Source: an uncultured Thermoleophilaceae bacterium
GTDB lineage: Bacteria > Actinomycetota > Thermoleophilia > Solirubrobacterales > Thermoleophilaceae
Reading direction: 5' to 3'
DNA: 64,000 bases
NCBI GenBank assembly: GCA_963844805.1
Contig: CAWJPU010000013.1
Span: forward strand, 48,788-112,787
The notes under the pieces were generated by a model. The model was given only the letters and a program-made list of their open reading frames with translations, had not been told where the DNA came from and ran no database searches. Both the position numbers and the translations under genes were made by a program. Every line of letters begins with the position of its first letter. Position 1 is the first letter of the stretch. Below are positions 12,500 through 22,608 of this stretch, in pieces.

Positions 12500-12894
12500 G
12501 CCGTCGGCTCAGCGCGCTGACGGCCTCCTCGACCAGTCCGCGGTCGCGCTCGTAGGTGAGCTTGGCCTCGGCCTCGCGGGGCTCGAGCCAGCGACAGCTC
12601 GTCCACCTCGTCGTTGGGCTCGAAGGGAACCTCGTCCTCGACCTCCATCGCCCACCAGCGCACGATCTTCGGGCGGTCCTTGTTGTCGCGGTAGCGGGTG
12701 GGGCTCAGCTCCGGCCCAGGCTGCACTTCAGGCTCGTCTCCTCCTCGACCTCGCGGAGGCCGCCTCCTCGAAGCTCTCGCCGGGGTCGAGCTTGCCCTTG
12801 GGCAGGGTCCAGTCGTCGTACTTGGGCCGGTGCACGAGCACCACCCGCCCGTCCCGCACCGGCACGCCGCCGGCCGCCTTGACCTCGTCGCTCA
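12500..12894 (-). pseudogene. Nudix hydrolase, frame-broken, C-terminus unresolved
   Basis: Nudix box [22 protein letters not shown] read from two frames (tail of 12705..14741 and 12367..12726). ATG near 12894, about 13 nt downstream of thrB. Confidence 0.55.
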
Positions 12895-12907
12895 TCGGCG
12901 GGCAGGA

Positions 12908-13762
12908 TCACAGCTCGCTCACGTCGGCGCCCTGCGGGGTGAACTGCACGCGGCGGATCTGGCAGTCGGGCGCCTCGGCGCGCAGGGACTCCATCAGCGC
13001 GCCCGTCTGCTGCCAGTGGGCCCAGAACAGGACGCTCGGGCCCGCGCCCGAGATGCTGGCGCCGACGGCGCCCAGCTCGTCGGCGCGCTCCAGCAGCTCC
13101 ATCGAGCGCGGGTAGAGCGGCGCCCGGCGGGGCTGGTGGATGCGGTCGGAGAGGCCACGGCCGATGAGCGAGAAGTCGTCGCGCGCCAGGCCCAGGACCA
13201 GCAGCGAGGCGTGGGCCACGTTGTGCACCGCGTCGGCCAAGGGGACCTCCGCGGGCATCGCCGCCCGGGCCTCGTCGGTGGGCACCGGGTCGGGCGGGAT
13301 CGCCAGCAGCCCCTCGAGGCCCTGCGGCGGGTCGAGCCGCGTGACGCCCTCGTCGTCGCAGATGACGAACCCGCCGAGCAGCGCCGCGGCGGCGTTGTCG
13401 GGATGGCCCTCCAGCTCGTGCGCGAGCTCGAACAACGGCGCGTCGAGCTCGTACATGTGGTCGGCGGCGGCCAGGCCCGCCACGGTGGCGGCGGCGCTGG
13501 AGCCCAGGCCCGGCCCCCACCGGGATCTCCGAGTTGATGTGGAAGGTGAGCCCGTCGGCCGGATGAAGCCGCTCGAAGGCGCGCACGCAGAGGTTCGTGC
13601 GGTCGTTGGGAATGCCGGGCGTGTCGCAGTGGACGAAGAACTCGCCGGTCTCCTCCACCTGCAGCTCCAGCGACAGGTCGAGCGCCGCGGCCAGGACGTC
13701 GTAGCCCGGGCCGAGGTTCGCGGTCGACGCCGGGACGGTGACCACGCGGCGACGCCTCACCC
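12908..13762 (-). pseudogene. thrB: homoserine kinase, one frame break
   Basis: C-terminal 191 aa in ORF 12908..13483. N-terminal TVPASTANLGPGYDVLA...SEIPVG in the 12705..14741 frame. Break near 13520 inside the expected GLGSSAA motif. GTG start overlaps the thrC stop (GTGA). Confidence 0.85.
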
Positions 13763-14749
13763 GAGCACCGCCTCCTCCACCGCGGCGAGCTCGGGCTCGC
13801 ACGGCACCACCGACGACGCGCTGTTCATCGCCGTCTGCGGGTCCTTCAGGCCGTGGCCGGTAAGCACGCACACGACGCGGCCCTCCGCGCCGTGCTTGAG
13901 CAGTCCCGCCACCGAGGCCGCCGAGGCCGGCTCGCAGAAGACGCCCTCGCGCGCGCCCAGCAGCGTGTAGGCCCCGAGGATCTCGGCGTCGGACACCGCC
14001 CGCACCGCGCCCCGGGAGGCGGTGAAGGCGCCCATCGCGTCCTCCCACCGGGCGGGGTTGCCGATGCGGATCGCCGAGGCCACCGTCTCCGGCTGCGCGA
14101 CCGGCGCGCCGTGCACCAGCGGCGCCGCGCCCTCGGCCTGGTAGCCGTGCAGCTGCGGCAGGGAGCCGATCTCGCCGAACCCGCGCCACCACGCGGTCAC
14201 GTTGCCCGCGTTGCCCACCGGGATGCAGAGCACGTCGGGGGCTTCGCCCAGCGCGTCCACTACCTCGAAGGCCGCGGTCTTCTGGCCCTCGATCCGGAAC
14301 TCGTTCACGGAGTTGACCAGCGACACCGGGTGCTCCGCGGCGAGCTCGCGCACCACCGCCAGCGCCTCGTCGAAGTTGCCGCGCAGTGCCACGACCCGGG
14401 CGCCGTGCATGAGCGCCTGGGCCAGCTTGCCGGTGGCGATCTTGCCCTCCGGGACGATCACCGCCCCGCGCAGGCCGGCCCGCGCCGCGTAGGCGGCCGC
14501 GCTCGCCGCGGTGTTGCCGGTCGAAGCGCACACCACCACCTCGGCCCCCTCGCGCACCGCGGCCGACACCGCCACGGTCATCCCCCGGTCCTTGAAGGAG
14601 CCGGTCGGGTTGGCGCCCTCCACCTTCAGCCACACGTCGCAGCCGGTCAGCTCCGACAGGTGCGGTGCGGGCACCAGCGGCGTGTCGCCCTCGCCCAGGG
14701 TCACGAGCGGCTCCACCGGCAACCGGTCTGCGTAGCGCCACAGGCTCAC
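13757..14749 (-). CDS. thrC: threonine synthase
   Basis: Intact from GTG 14749 ([11 protein letters not shown]...) within track ORF 13757..15661. PLP-lysine motif GSFKDRG. Start overlaps the hom stop (GTGA). Confidence 0.9.
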   Translation of the reverse strand: MSLWRYADRLPVEPLVTLGEGDTPLVPAPHLSELTGCDVWLKVEGANPTGSFKDRGMTVAVSAAVREGAEVVVCASTGNTAASAAAYAARAGLRGAVIVPEGKIATGKLAQALMHGARVVALRGNFDEALAVVRELAAEHPVSLVNSVNEFRIEGQKTAAFEVVDALGEAPDVLCIPVGNAGNVTAWWRGFGEIGSLPQLHGYQAEGAAPLVHGAPVAQPETVASAIRIGNPARWEDAMGAFTASRGAVRAVSDAEILGAYTLLGAREGVFCEPASAASVAGLLKHGAEGRVVCVLTGHGLKDPQTAMNSASSVVPCEPELAAVEEAVLG

Positions 14750-15990
14750 GGCCGCCTCACGGCCTCGAAGGACTCTTCGAGCACCCGGATCACGCGCGGC
14801 GCGGAGCGCACGAAGTCGAGCCGGTTGATCATGTCCACCGCGGCCCGGAACTGCGACTCGGCCACAGGGTGCATGACCATCACCAGCCGCGCGTCGTCGC
14901 CGATGCCGCGCTGGACCACCGAGCGCACCGACACCCCCTGCAGCCCGAGGATCTCCGCCACCTGGGCGAGCACGCCCGGCCGATCTGCCACCTCGAGGTG
15001 CATGTAGAACGAGGACTCGGTCGTCCTCGAGCAGGGGCAGGTCGACGGCGGGCGGGATCGTCGAGGGCGGCGGGATCATGGCCGAGACCACGTCGCCCAG
15101 CACGGCGGACGCGGTCTGCGAGCCGCCCGCGCCCGGGCCGCTGAGGGTGATCTCGGTGATGGTGGGCGACTCGATCGTCACCGCGTTGAAGGCGCCGTTG
15201 ACCGAAGCGAGCGGGTGGTCGCCGTAGAGGAACACCGGGTGCACGTCCACGGCGATGCCGTCGCCGATGCGCTCGGCGGTCCCGACCAGCTTGAGCGACA
15301 GGCCGAGCTCCTTGGCGTAGGCGATGTCCTCCGCGGTCAGGTGCTCGATCCCCTCGTAGGGCACCTGGTCGAGGTGCACGGCGGCGCCGAAGGCCAGCCG
15401 GGCGAGGATCGCCATCTTGGCCGCCGCGTCCTTGCCGCTCACGTCCTCGGTCGGGTCGGCCTCGGCGTAGCCCAGCTCCTGGGCCTCGCGCAGGCAGTCC
15501 TCGTAGGAGGCGCCTGTACGGGCCATCTCGCTGAGGATGAAGTTGGTGGTGCCGTTGACGATCCCGTGCACCCGCTCGATGTGAGCCGCCGCCAGCGTCT
15601 CGGCCATCACCCGGATGGCCGGGACCACGCCGGCCACCGCCGCCTCGAAGCGCAGCTGCACCCCGTTGTCGCGCGCCGCGGTCGTAGAGCTCCTCGCCGA
15701 ACTGCGACAGCAGCTGCTTGTTGGCGGTGACCACGTGGCGCCCCTCGCCCATCGCGCGGAGCACGTGCCCGCGCGCGGGCTCGGTGCCGCCCATCAGCTC
15801 CACCACCAGGTCGCTGCGGGCCAGGATGTCGTCGAAGTCGCCGCGGCTGCGGGTCAGGACGCCCGAGATCTCCGGCCGGCGGCCCACCTCGGCCTCGATG
15901 GCGTCGGCCCGGAGGTCCAGCAGCTCGTGGAACGCGCTGCCGACCGTGCCGTGGCCGAGCAACCCGACCCGAAACGGGTTCAGCGGTCAC
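14746..15990 (-). pseudogene. hom: homoserine dehydrogenase, frame-broken
   Basis: N-terminal RVGLLGHGTVGS (14880..15962 frame); catalytic part from [10 protein letters not shown] (13757..15661 frame); ACT domain (14746..15003). Breaks near 15680 and 15035, possibly a third near 15970. Start between 15975 and 15990. Confidence 0.85.
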
Positions 15991-17260
15991 GCAGCGTCAG
16001 ATCGTCGTAGGTCTCGCGGCGCACCGCGACGCGGGCGTTGCCGTCGCGGCAGATGATCACCGGCGGGCGGGGTATGGCGTTGTAGTTGTTGGCCATGGCG
16101 TGCCCGTACGCGCCGGTGGCGGGGATCACCAGCACGTCGCCCGGGCGCGGGCTCTCCAGCTTCGCGTCGCGGATCAGGATGTCGCCCGACTCGCAGTGCA
16201 TGCCGGCGACCGTGCACAGGTCACCGGGAGGGGTGGCCCCGGAGGGGTCACCCCGCACCGGGCCGAACCGGTCGGCGATCTGGGCCTCGTAGCGCGCCGC
16301 GTAGAGCATCGGGCGCAGGTTGTCGCTCATGCCGCCGTCCACGGCGACGTAGGTGCGCACGCCGGGGATGCGCTTGACCGTTCCCACCGTGTAGATCGTC
16401 ACGCCGGCGTTGCCCACCAGCGAGCGGCCGGGCTCGCACAGCACGGTCACCCCATCGGGGACGCGGGCGAGCAGCGCCTCGGCGTAATCGTCCACCGACG
16501 GCGGGCGGTCGTCGGCGGTGTAGGCGATGCCCAGCCCGCCGCCCAGGTTCAACAGCGGGTAGTCGCCCATCCCGCCCAGCACCTCGGCCAGCTGCTCCAG
16601 CACCGACAGCTCGTAGATCTGCGACCCGATGTGCGCGTGCAGGCCGCGCAGGGTCAGCCCCGCGTCCGCGCACGCGTCGACCGCGCGCGGCACGTCGTCG
16701 AGGCCGAAGCCGAACTTCGAGTCCTCCTGCCCGGTGGCGATCTTCTCGTGCGTCTGCGGCTTGATGCCGGGCGTGACGCGCAGCATCACCTGCTGGCCGG
16801 GCGCGAGCCGGCGCAGGCGGTCGATCTCGTCGAAGGAGTCGGCGACGATCGTGCGCACCCCGCGCTCCACCGCGTAGGCCAGCTCGGCCTCGGTCTTGTT
16901 GTTGCCGTGCATGTACAGCCGCTCGGGGGCAAAGCCGCCGGCCAGGGCGAGGTGCAGCTCGCCGCCGGAGGCCACGTCGCACGAGAGGTCCTCCTCGGCC
17001 AGCAGGTGGTAGATCGCCGTGATGGGCGCCGCCTTGCCGGCGTACACGATCTCGAACCGGTCGGTGCGCGCCGCGAAGGCCTCGCGGTACGCACGGGCGC
17101 GAGAACGGATGTCCTCCTCGGCGTAGACGTAGGCCGGCGTGCCGTGCTCGCGAGCGATCTCGGTGAGATCGCAGCCGCCGACCTCGAGCGCGCCGCGCTC
17201 GTTGAGGCGTGAGCCCAGGGGCAATACCTGCTCCAGTCCTGTGGTGGCCGCGGCTGCCAT
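15980..17260 (-). CDS. lysA: diaminopimelate decarboxylase
   Basis: Intact. Motifs YAGKA, EPGRSLV, CESGD. Start taken at the internal ATG (MAAAATTGLEQ...) of track ORF 15980..17314. Confidence 0.9.
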   Translation of the reverse strand: MAAAATTGLEQVLPLGSRLNERGALEVGGCDLTEIAREHGTPAYVYAEEDIRSRARAYREAFAARTDRFEIVYAGKAAPITAIYHLLAEEDLSCDVASGGELHLALAGGFAPERLYMHGNNKTEAELAYAVERGVRTIVADSFDEIDRLRRLAPGQQVMLRVTPGIKPQTHEKIATGQEDSKFGFGLDDVPRAVDACADAGLTLRGLHAHIGSQIYELSVLEQLAEVLGGMGDYPLLNLGGGLGIAYTADDRPPSVDDYAEALLARVPDGVTVLCEPGRSLVGNAGVTIYTVGTVKRIPGVRTYVAVDGGMSDNLRPMLYAARYEAQIADRFGPVRGDPSGATPPGDLCTVAGMHCESGDILIRDAKLESPRPGDVLVIPATGAYGHAMANNYNAIPRPPVIICRDGNARVAVRRETYDDLTLRDR

Positions 17261-17276
17261 GGTTCGCGGCGCGATT

Positions 17277-17975
17277 ATGAAGCACGCCCCTCCGGCCCCG
17301 CCCGAGCTAGGCACCCGCGACGGGCTCGCCTACGCGCTGTTTCGGCCCGACGGCGACCCCCCGGCGGGCGTGGTGATCGTGCACGGAGCCGACTCGGCGA
17401 AGGAGAGCCACTACGACTTCGCGCGCAATCTGCGCGCCGCCGGGCTGGTCGCGGTCGCCTACGACGCGCGCGGCCATGGGCGGTCGTCGGGCGATTTCGG
17501 CCCCACCGCGTTCGGCGACGTGCTGTCGATGTGCGACATGGTGCGCGAGCACGCTCCCGCGGTCGCCATCCGCGGCTCGAGCCTCGGCGGCTGGCAGGCG
17601 ATCCACGCGGCGGCCCTCGATCACTCGGTCGCCGCGGTGGTGGCCGTCTGCCCCGCGCCCGAGGAGCGGCTGCTGCGGCTGCTGCGCGAGCCGGCCGAGG
17701 AGTACGAGATGCGGATCGACCGCGATCAGGCCGCACGCTGGATCGCGCGAGCAGGACGTCTTCGACGCGGTGACCCGGCTGGGGCCGCGAACCGCCCTGC
17801 TGCTGCTCCACGCGCGCGGGGACGAGCGGATTCCCTACACGGTCAGCGAGGAGCTGCACGCCGCCGCGCACGAGCCCAAGCGGCTGGTGATCGTGCCCGG
17901 CGGGCACCACCGCTCGCTGCAGCACGACATGGAGATCCAGGACCTCTCGCGCCGTTTCGTCGTGGACGCCGGTGA
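17277..17975 (+). pseudogene. alpha/beta-fold hydrolase, frame-broken
   Basis: From ATG 17277 (MKHAPPAP...) with nucleophile elbow GSSLGG. C-terminal LLLHARGDERIPY...PGGHH lies in the 17476..19203 frame. Break near 17745. 3' end uncertain. Confidence 0.65.
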
Positions 17976-17979
17976 AGGG

Positions 17980-18609
17980 CTAGAGCCCGCCGGTCAGGCC
18001 GTCGACCAGGTCGCCGGTGGTCTCGCCCACGCCGCGAACCGTGTCACCCAGGCTCGGGCTGACGTCGTCCACAACCCGCCCCGCGCCGTCGGTCACGCCC
18101 TGGGTCGTCTGACCCAGGCTCTGGCCGCCCTGGGAGCCGCCACCGGTCCCGGGAAGCGAGGGAGCCGTGCCCGCTGTGGGAGCTCCGCCGGCCACTCGGC
18201 TGACCGGTGCCTCGCCGCCTCCCTGCGGGGCGCCGACGGTCTGGCCGCCACCTCCGCCGCCGGGAGTCGTGCCGCCGGGCGCGCGGCCGCCGGCACCGGC
18301 TCCGCCCACCGCTCCGCCGCCCGCGCCGGCTGCGCCGCCGCCCGGTCCGGCTGCCGCGACCGAGGCGGGAGGACTGCTCGAGACGCCGCCGGCGGCGGGC
18401 GCCGCCTCAGCGGCCGCGAGCGCCGGCCCGGTCAGGGCAGCCGGCTCGTCGCGGTCGACGACCAGGCCCTCCAGCTCGCGCAGCCCCTTGCTGATCGAGG
18501 CGCCGTTGAAGGCCACCACGGCGCCGACCACCACCAGCAGCAACGCCGAGGACGCCAGGAGGATTCCCGACGTCCCGAGTCCGGCGATGTATGCCTTCGG
18601 AGCCTTCAA
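17980..18609 (-). CDS. hypothetical membrane-anchored Gly/Ala/Pro-rich protein
   Basis: TTG start with GGAGGTG 7 nt upstream. One TM helix ILLASSALLLVVVGAVVAF, then a low-complexity G/A/P region. Start overlaps the upstream stop (TTGA). No recognisable family. Confidence 0.45.
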   Translation of the reverse strand: MKAPKAYIAGLGTSGILLASSALLLVVVGAVVAFNGASISKGLRELEGLVVDRDEPAALTGPALAAAEAAPAAGGVSSSPPASVAAAGPGGGAAGAGGGAVGGAGAGGRAPGGTTPGGGGGGQTVGAPQGGGEAPVSRVAGGAPTAGTAPSLPGTGGGSQGGQSLGQTTQGVTDGAGRVVDDVSPSLGDTVRGVGETTGDLVDGLTGGL

Positions 18610-19346
18610 CCCGTGGCACCTCCGGGCGTGGTCGGCTTGCTTTCCGTGGCGCTTTCGCGCTCGCGGCGCTGCCAGCTCGCTGCCAGCTCGCTGCCAGACC
18701 AGCACCGTAGCGAGGCGCGGCCCCATAGTCGAGCGGTGGTGGGCCTCGGCTCAGTGCCGGCGGCCGCTGCCGTGGCGCCGGCCCTGCCGCGTCCTCCCGC
18801 GGCGTCGTCCCTAGCCGATGGCGCCCTCCCTGGCCGTGGCTTCTCGCCCGAGCCGGAGCGCCTGGTCTCGCCGTGGCGCTTCCTGCGGTGCGTCTTCTGG
18901 CTGAGGTGGCCCTTGCGCGAGGGCCGGCGCGCGACCGGCGGGGGGTGCCGCTCCCGACCTCCCGCCGAGCCGGCGTTGCCGCCGCCCGGGCCCGGCGCGC
19001 CGGCGTGGACACCGGCGTGCGGCGCCGAGCCCGGCGACGGGCCGGGCGAGGAGAGCCGCGCCGCCGGCGCCGGCCGTCGCCCGAACGGCGCCGGGGGCTC
19101 GCTCGCCGGCGCGACGCCGTCCTCCGCCGACGCCCGCCGCGCGGTGCGCGCGCGGCGCCCGGCACGCCGGTGGCGAACGGCAGCCCGCCGAGCGACCCGG
19201 TGACCACCGAGGCCGACTCCCCGTGGGGGATCACCGCCGCCCGGGGAGGCTCGGGGAAGGCCCCGTAGTCGAAGTCGCCCTGGACCAGGGCCCAGGCCAG
19301 AGCCAGCGCCGGCCAGGACAGTGGCCAGCGCCGCGACCTGCAGCAA
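18606..19346 (-). pseudogene. hypothetical membrane-anchored Pro/Ala-rich protein, probably frame-broken
   Basis: High third-position GC supports ...ALALAWALVQGDFDYGAFPEPPRAAVIPHGESASVVTGSLGG (18407..19441 frame), then ...AEDGVAPASEPPAPF... down to the stop at 18606 (18606..19346 frame). Break near 19140. Weak call. Confidence 0.35.
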
Positions 19347-19425
19347 TCCGTGCGTTGCGTCCCTGCAGCCGTTCGGGGCCGAGCATTCGAATCAAGGGTA
19401 CGTCTGTTCGAGCGTTCCGGTTGTC

Positions 19426-19439
19426 GAGAATCGATTCTC
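19426..19439. promoter_or_regulatory. perfect 14-bp palindrome GAGAATCGATTCTC, candidate metalloregulator operator
   Basis: Sits in an unusually AT-rich divergent intergenic region, about 20 nt upstream of the first ABC-3 permease start. A second palindrome ATTCGAAT lies at 19385..19392. Confidence 0.4.
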
Positions 19440-19458
19440 AATTACGCTCGTTCCCGGC

Positions 19459-20276
19459 TTGGCCACGGCCCCGCCCCCACCCACCGACCTGATCGAGCTC
19501 GCCTTCGCCCGCACGGCGCTGGCCGAGCTGCATGCTGCTCGCCGTCGCCGGCGGGCTGCTGAGCGGCTGGATCGTGCTGCGCCGGCTGGCCTTCTTCACC
19601 CACGCCGCCGGCACGGCCACCTTTCCCGGCCTCGTCCTGGCCCAGGCCGCCGGGTTCAGCCCGCGGCTCGCCGCGCTGGCGGTCGCCGGCGGGTACGCCG
19701 GGGCGGTGGGCGGCCGCGGCGGGCGCCGGCGGCGAGCGCGGCGACACCACCGTCGCGCTGCTGCTCGTCGCCGCCCTGGCCGCGGGCGCCGTGCTGGCGG
19801 GCGACGTGTTCTCCTCCGGCGTGGGCGTGGACTCGCTGCTGTTCGGAAGCCTGCTCGGGGTCCAGGGCGGCGACCTCGCGGCGTCGGCCGTGGTCGCGGC
19901 GCTCGCCGTCGCCGGCACGGTGCTGGTGGGCCCGGCGTGGGCCGCCGCCGGCTTCGACCGCGAGGCCGCGGGCTCGATCGGGCCTCCCCATCCGGCGGGC
20001 CGACCTGCTGCTGCTCGGGCTGGTGGCCGCCACGGTGGTCGCGGCGCTGCCCGCCGTGGGCGCGCTGCTGGTGACCTCGCTGCTCGTGGTGCCCGCGGCG
20101 GTCGCGCGCCTGCTCAGCGAGCGGCTGCGGCCCATGCTGGCGCTCGCGGTGGCCCTGGCGCTCGTCCAGGGCGTGCTCGGCCTCTACCTCGCCCTGTGGC
20201 TCGACGTGCCCGCCCGGCCCCGCGGTCGCGGTGGTCGGGCGCTCTGCTCTTCGGCGTCACGGCGGCGGTGCGATGA
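19459..20276 (+). pseudogene. ABC-3 family metal (Zn/Mn/Fe-type) transporter permease, frame-broken
   Basis: LLAVAGGLLSGWIVLRRLAFFTHAAGTATFPGLVLA, GDVFSSGVGVDSLLFGSLLGV and LLVTSLLVVPAAVARLL are read from three frames. At least 4 breaks (near 19540, 19740, 19985, 20215-20250). Stop overlaps the next ATG (ATGA). Confidence 0.7.
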
Positions 20277-21021
20277 GCGCCTTCGCGGTCCGCGCCGAGG
20301 GGCTCGCCGCCGGCTACGGCACCGGCCCGAACGCGCTCGAGGACGTGGGCTTCGAGCTCGCGCCCGGCACGTCGCTGGGCGTGCTCGGCCCCAACGGCGG
20401 CGGGAAGACCACCCTGTTCCGGGTGCTGGCCGGCGACCTGCCGGCCCGCAGCGGAAGCGCGGAGGTGGACGGCCGCCCCGCGCAGCTTCCCCAGGCCGAC
20501 CGCCCCCGGCTCGACTTCCCGGTGAGCGCGCTGGACGTGGCGCTGATGGGGACGCTCGGCAGTGGCCGCTGGTGGCTGCCGCCCCGGCGCGCCGAGCGCG
20601 AGGCCGCCGCGGCGGCCCTCGCGCGGGTGGGGCTGGAGGGAAGCGCCCACGAGCGCTTCGGGACGCTCTCCGGCGGCCAGCGCCAGCGCGCGCTGCTGGC
20701 CCGGGCGCTGGTGCAAGACGCTGCGGTGCCTGCTCTTCGACGAGCCGCTGAGCGCGGTCGACCCGGTCAGCGCGGAGCGCATCGAATCGCTGTTCGCCGA
20801 GCTGCGGGCCGAAGGGCCGCACGGTGCTCGTGTCCACCCACGACGTGGAGAGCGCACGCCGCTTCGACCGGGTGCTCTGCCTCAACCGGCGCCAGGTGGC
20901 CTTCGGCGCGCCGGCCAAGACCCTGAGCCGCCAGGTCCTGGAGGCCACCTACGGCGCGGAGATCGTGGTGCTGGACGAGGGCGGCCGCGCCATCACCGTC
21001 CAGCACCACGCGCACCCGTGA
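20273..21021 (+). pseudogene. metal ABC transporter ATP-binding protein, frame-broken
   Basis: Walker A GPNGGGKTT and signature LSGGQRQR (20231..20926 frame); Walker B LLFDEP (20562 frame); C-terminus VLVSTHD...HHAHP (20824..21021). Breaks near 20715 and 20820. Confidence 0.8.
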
Positions 21022-21873
21022 CCGCGCTGGCCGCCCTGCTCGACCCGTTCGGCTCCGGCCTCGGCCGCCGCGCGCTCGCCGAGGTGGCCCTGCTGGGCGC
21101 GCTGGGCGGCGGGCTGTCGTTCTGGGTCACGTCGTTCCGCCTCTCCTACACCGCGGAGTCGCTGGCGCACGGCCTGCTGCCCGGCGCGGTGCTCGCGGCC
21201 CTGGTCGGCGTGCCGCTGGCCGCGGGCGCGGGCGCGGGCGTGGTGCTGGCCGCGCTGCTGGTCGCGGCGGTCGCGCGCGACGAGCGGGTGGGGGTCGAGG
21301 CCGCCACCGCCGTGGCGGTGACGGGCCTGCTGGGGCTGGGCGCGCTCCTGGCGCTCGCGCCCGAGAGCCCCCAGCGGCTCGAGGAGCTGTTGTTCGGCGA
21401 CCTGCTCAGCGTGGCCGGGTCCGACCTCCTCACCGCGCTGGCCGCGCTCGCCGTGGTGGCCGCGGGCCTCACGGCGCTGCACCGGCCGCTCACCGCCGTC
21501 GCCTTCGACCCCGACGGGGCGGGCGCGACCGGCGTCCGGGCCGGGGCGGTGACCGCCGCGCTGCTCGTGCTGGTGTCGGTCGCGCTGGCGGTCGCGGTGC
21601 GCGGCCTGGGCAACCTCCTGGCGCTGGCCGTGCTGGTGGCGCCGGCGGTGGCGGTCCGCGGTCACGTGCGAACGCCCGCCGGGGCCGTGCTGGGCGGCGC
21701 CGCGGTGGCCGTGCTCGCCGGAGTGGCCGGGGTGCTGCTGTCCTTCACGCTCGAGCCTCGCCACCGGCGCCAGCGTGGCGCTGGTGCTGTGCCTGGCCGC
21801 GGTGGCCGGCGCCGCCCTGCCGGCGCTCAGGCCGCCGCGCCGGCGGCCTCGGCCGGCCGTCCCCGCCGGCTGA
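21018..21873 (+). pseudogene. second ABC-3 family permease, one frame break near the 3' end
   Basis: GTG overlaps the ATPase stop (GTGA). VTALAALLDPFGSGLGRRALAEVALLGALGGGLSFWV... in the 20562..22004 frame. Break near 21765. End convergently overlaps lgt. Confidence 0.7.
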
Positions 21874-22588
21874 GGATCACCGCGGCGCCGCCGGCCATCA
21901 TCGCCAGGCCGATCACCTGCGGCAGGGTCAGCCCCGCCACCAGGTCGTCGTTGCGCCGGATGAACTCGACCAGGAAGCGCTCCAGGCCCGAGAAGAACAG
22001 GTAGATGCCGAACAGCACGCCGGGCGCGAAGCGGTCGCGCAGGCGCCACAGGGCCAGCGTCAAGAGCCCCACCGCGAGCGTCTCGTAGACCGGGGTCGGG
22101 TGGACCTCCTCGGTGGTCGGCACCGTGCCGTCGGGGTAGGCCATTGCCCACGGCACGTCGGAGGCCACGCCGTAATCGCCGTCGCCCGACAGCTGGCAGC
22201 CCACCCGCCCGATGGCGTAGCCCAGCGCCAGCGGGATGCAGACGGTGTCGAGCATCTGCGCGCCCAGCCACCCGCGCCGCCAGGCCCACAGGACCACGCC
22301 GATCGCGCCGCCCACGGCCCCGCCGAACCACACCAGGCCCGAGCCGGAGAAGATCGCGCCGAGCAGGTCGTCGGAGACCTTGTCCCAGTTCTCGATCAGG
22401 TAGTCGATCCGGGCGCCGACCAGGCCGCCGATCAGCGCCGAGAAGACGATCTCGTAGGACCAGTCAGGCGGCAGGTCCAGCTCGCGCAGGCGGCGGGTGA
22501 GCACGGCGCCGGCGGCGATGAAGCCGAGCGCGAAGCAGACCCCGAAGGTCTGCACCGAGATCGGGCCGAGGTCCAGCTCCGGGTACAC
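21827..22588 (-). CDS. lgt: prolipoprotein diacylglyceryl transferase
   Basis: Intact from GTG about 22588 (VYPELDLGPISVQTFG...). Multi-pass membrane protein with GRVGCQLSGDGDYG...PW motif. Tail of track ORF 21827..24880. Confidence 0.8.
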   Translation of the reverse strand: MYPELDLGPISVQTFGVCFALGFIAAGAVLTRRLRELDLPPDWSYEIVFSALIGGLVGARIDYLIENWDKVSDDLLGAIFSGSGLVWFGGAVGGAIGVVLWAWRRGWLGAQMLDTVCIPLALGYAIGRVGCQLSGDGDYGVASDVPWAMAYPDGTVPTTEEVHPTPVYETLAVGLLTLALWRLRDRFAPGVLFGIYLFFSGLERFLVEFIRRNDDLVAGLTLPQVIGLAMMAGGAAVILSRRGRPAEAAGAAA

Positions 22589-22608
22589 GGCCCGGAGGGT
22601 AGGGGGGC

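Noticed and set aside
12509-12520. 12-bp perfect palindrome TCAGCGCGCTGA between the convergent amidase and Nudix genes, as a bidirectional terminator.
   Set aside because: It is too short to form a stable hairpin with a loop, has no flanking T or A runs, and probably lies within the unresolved Nudix C-terminal coding region.
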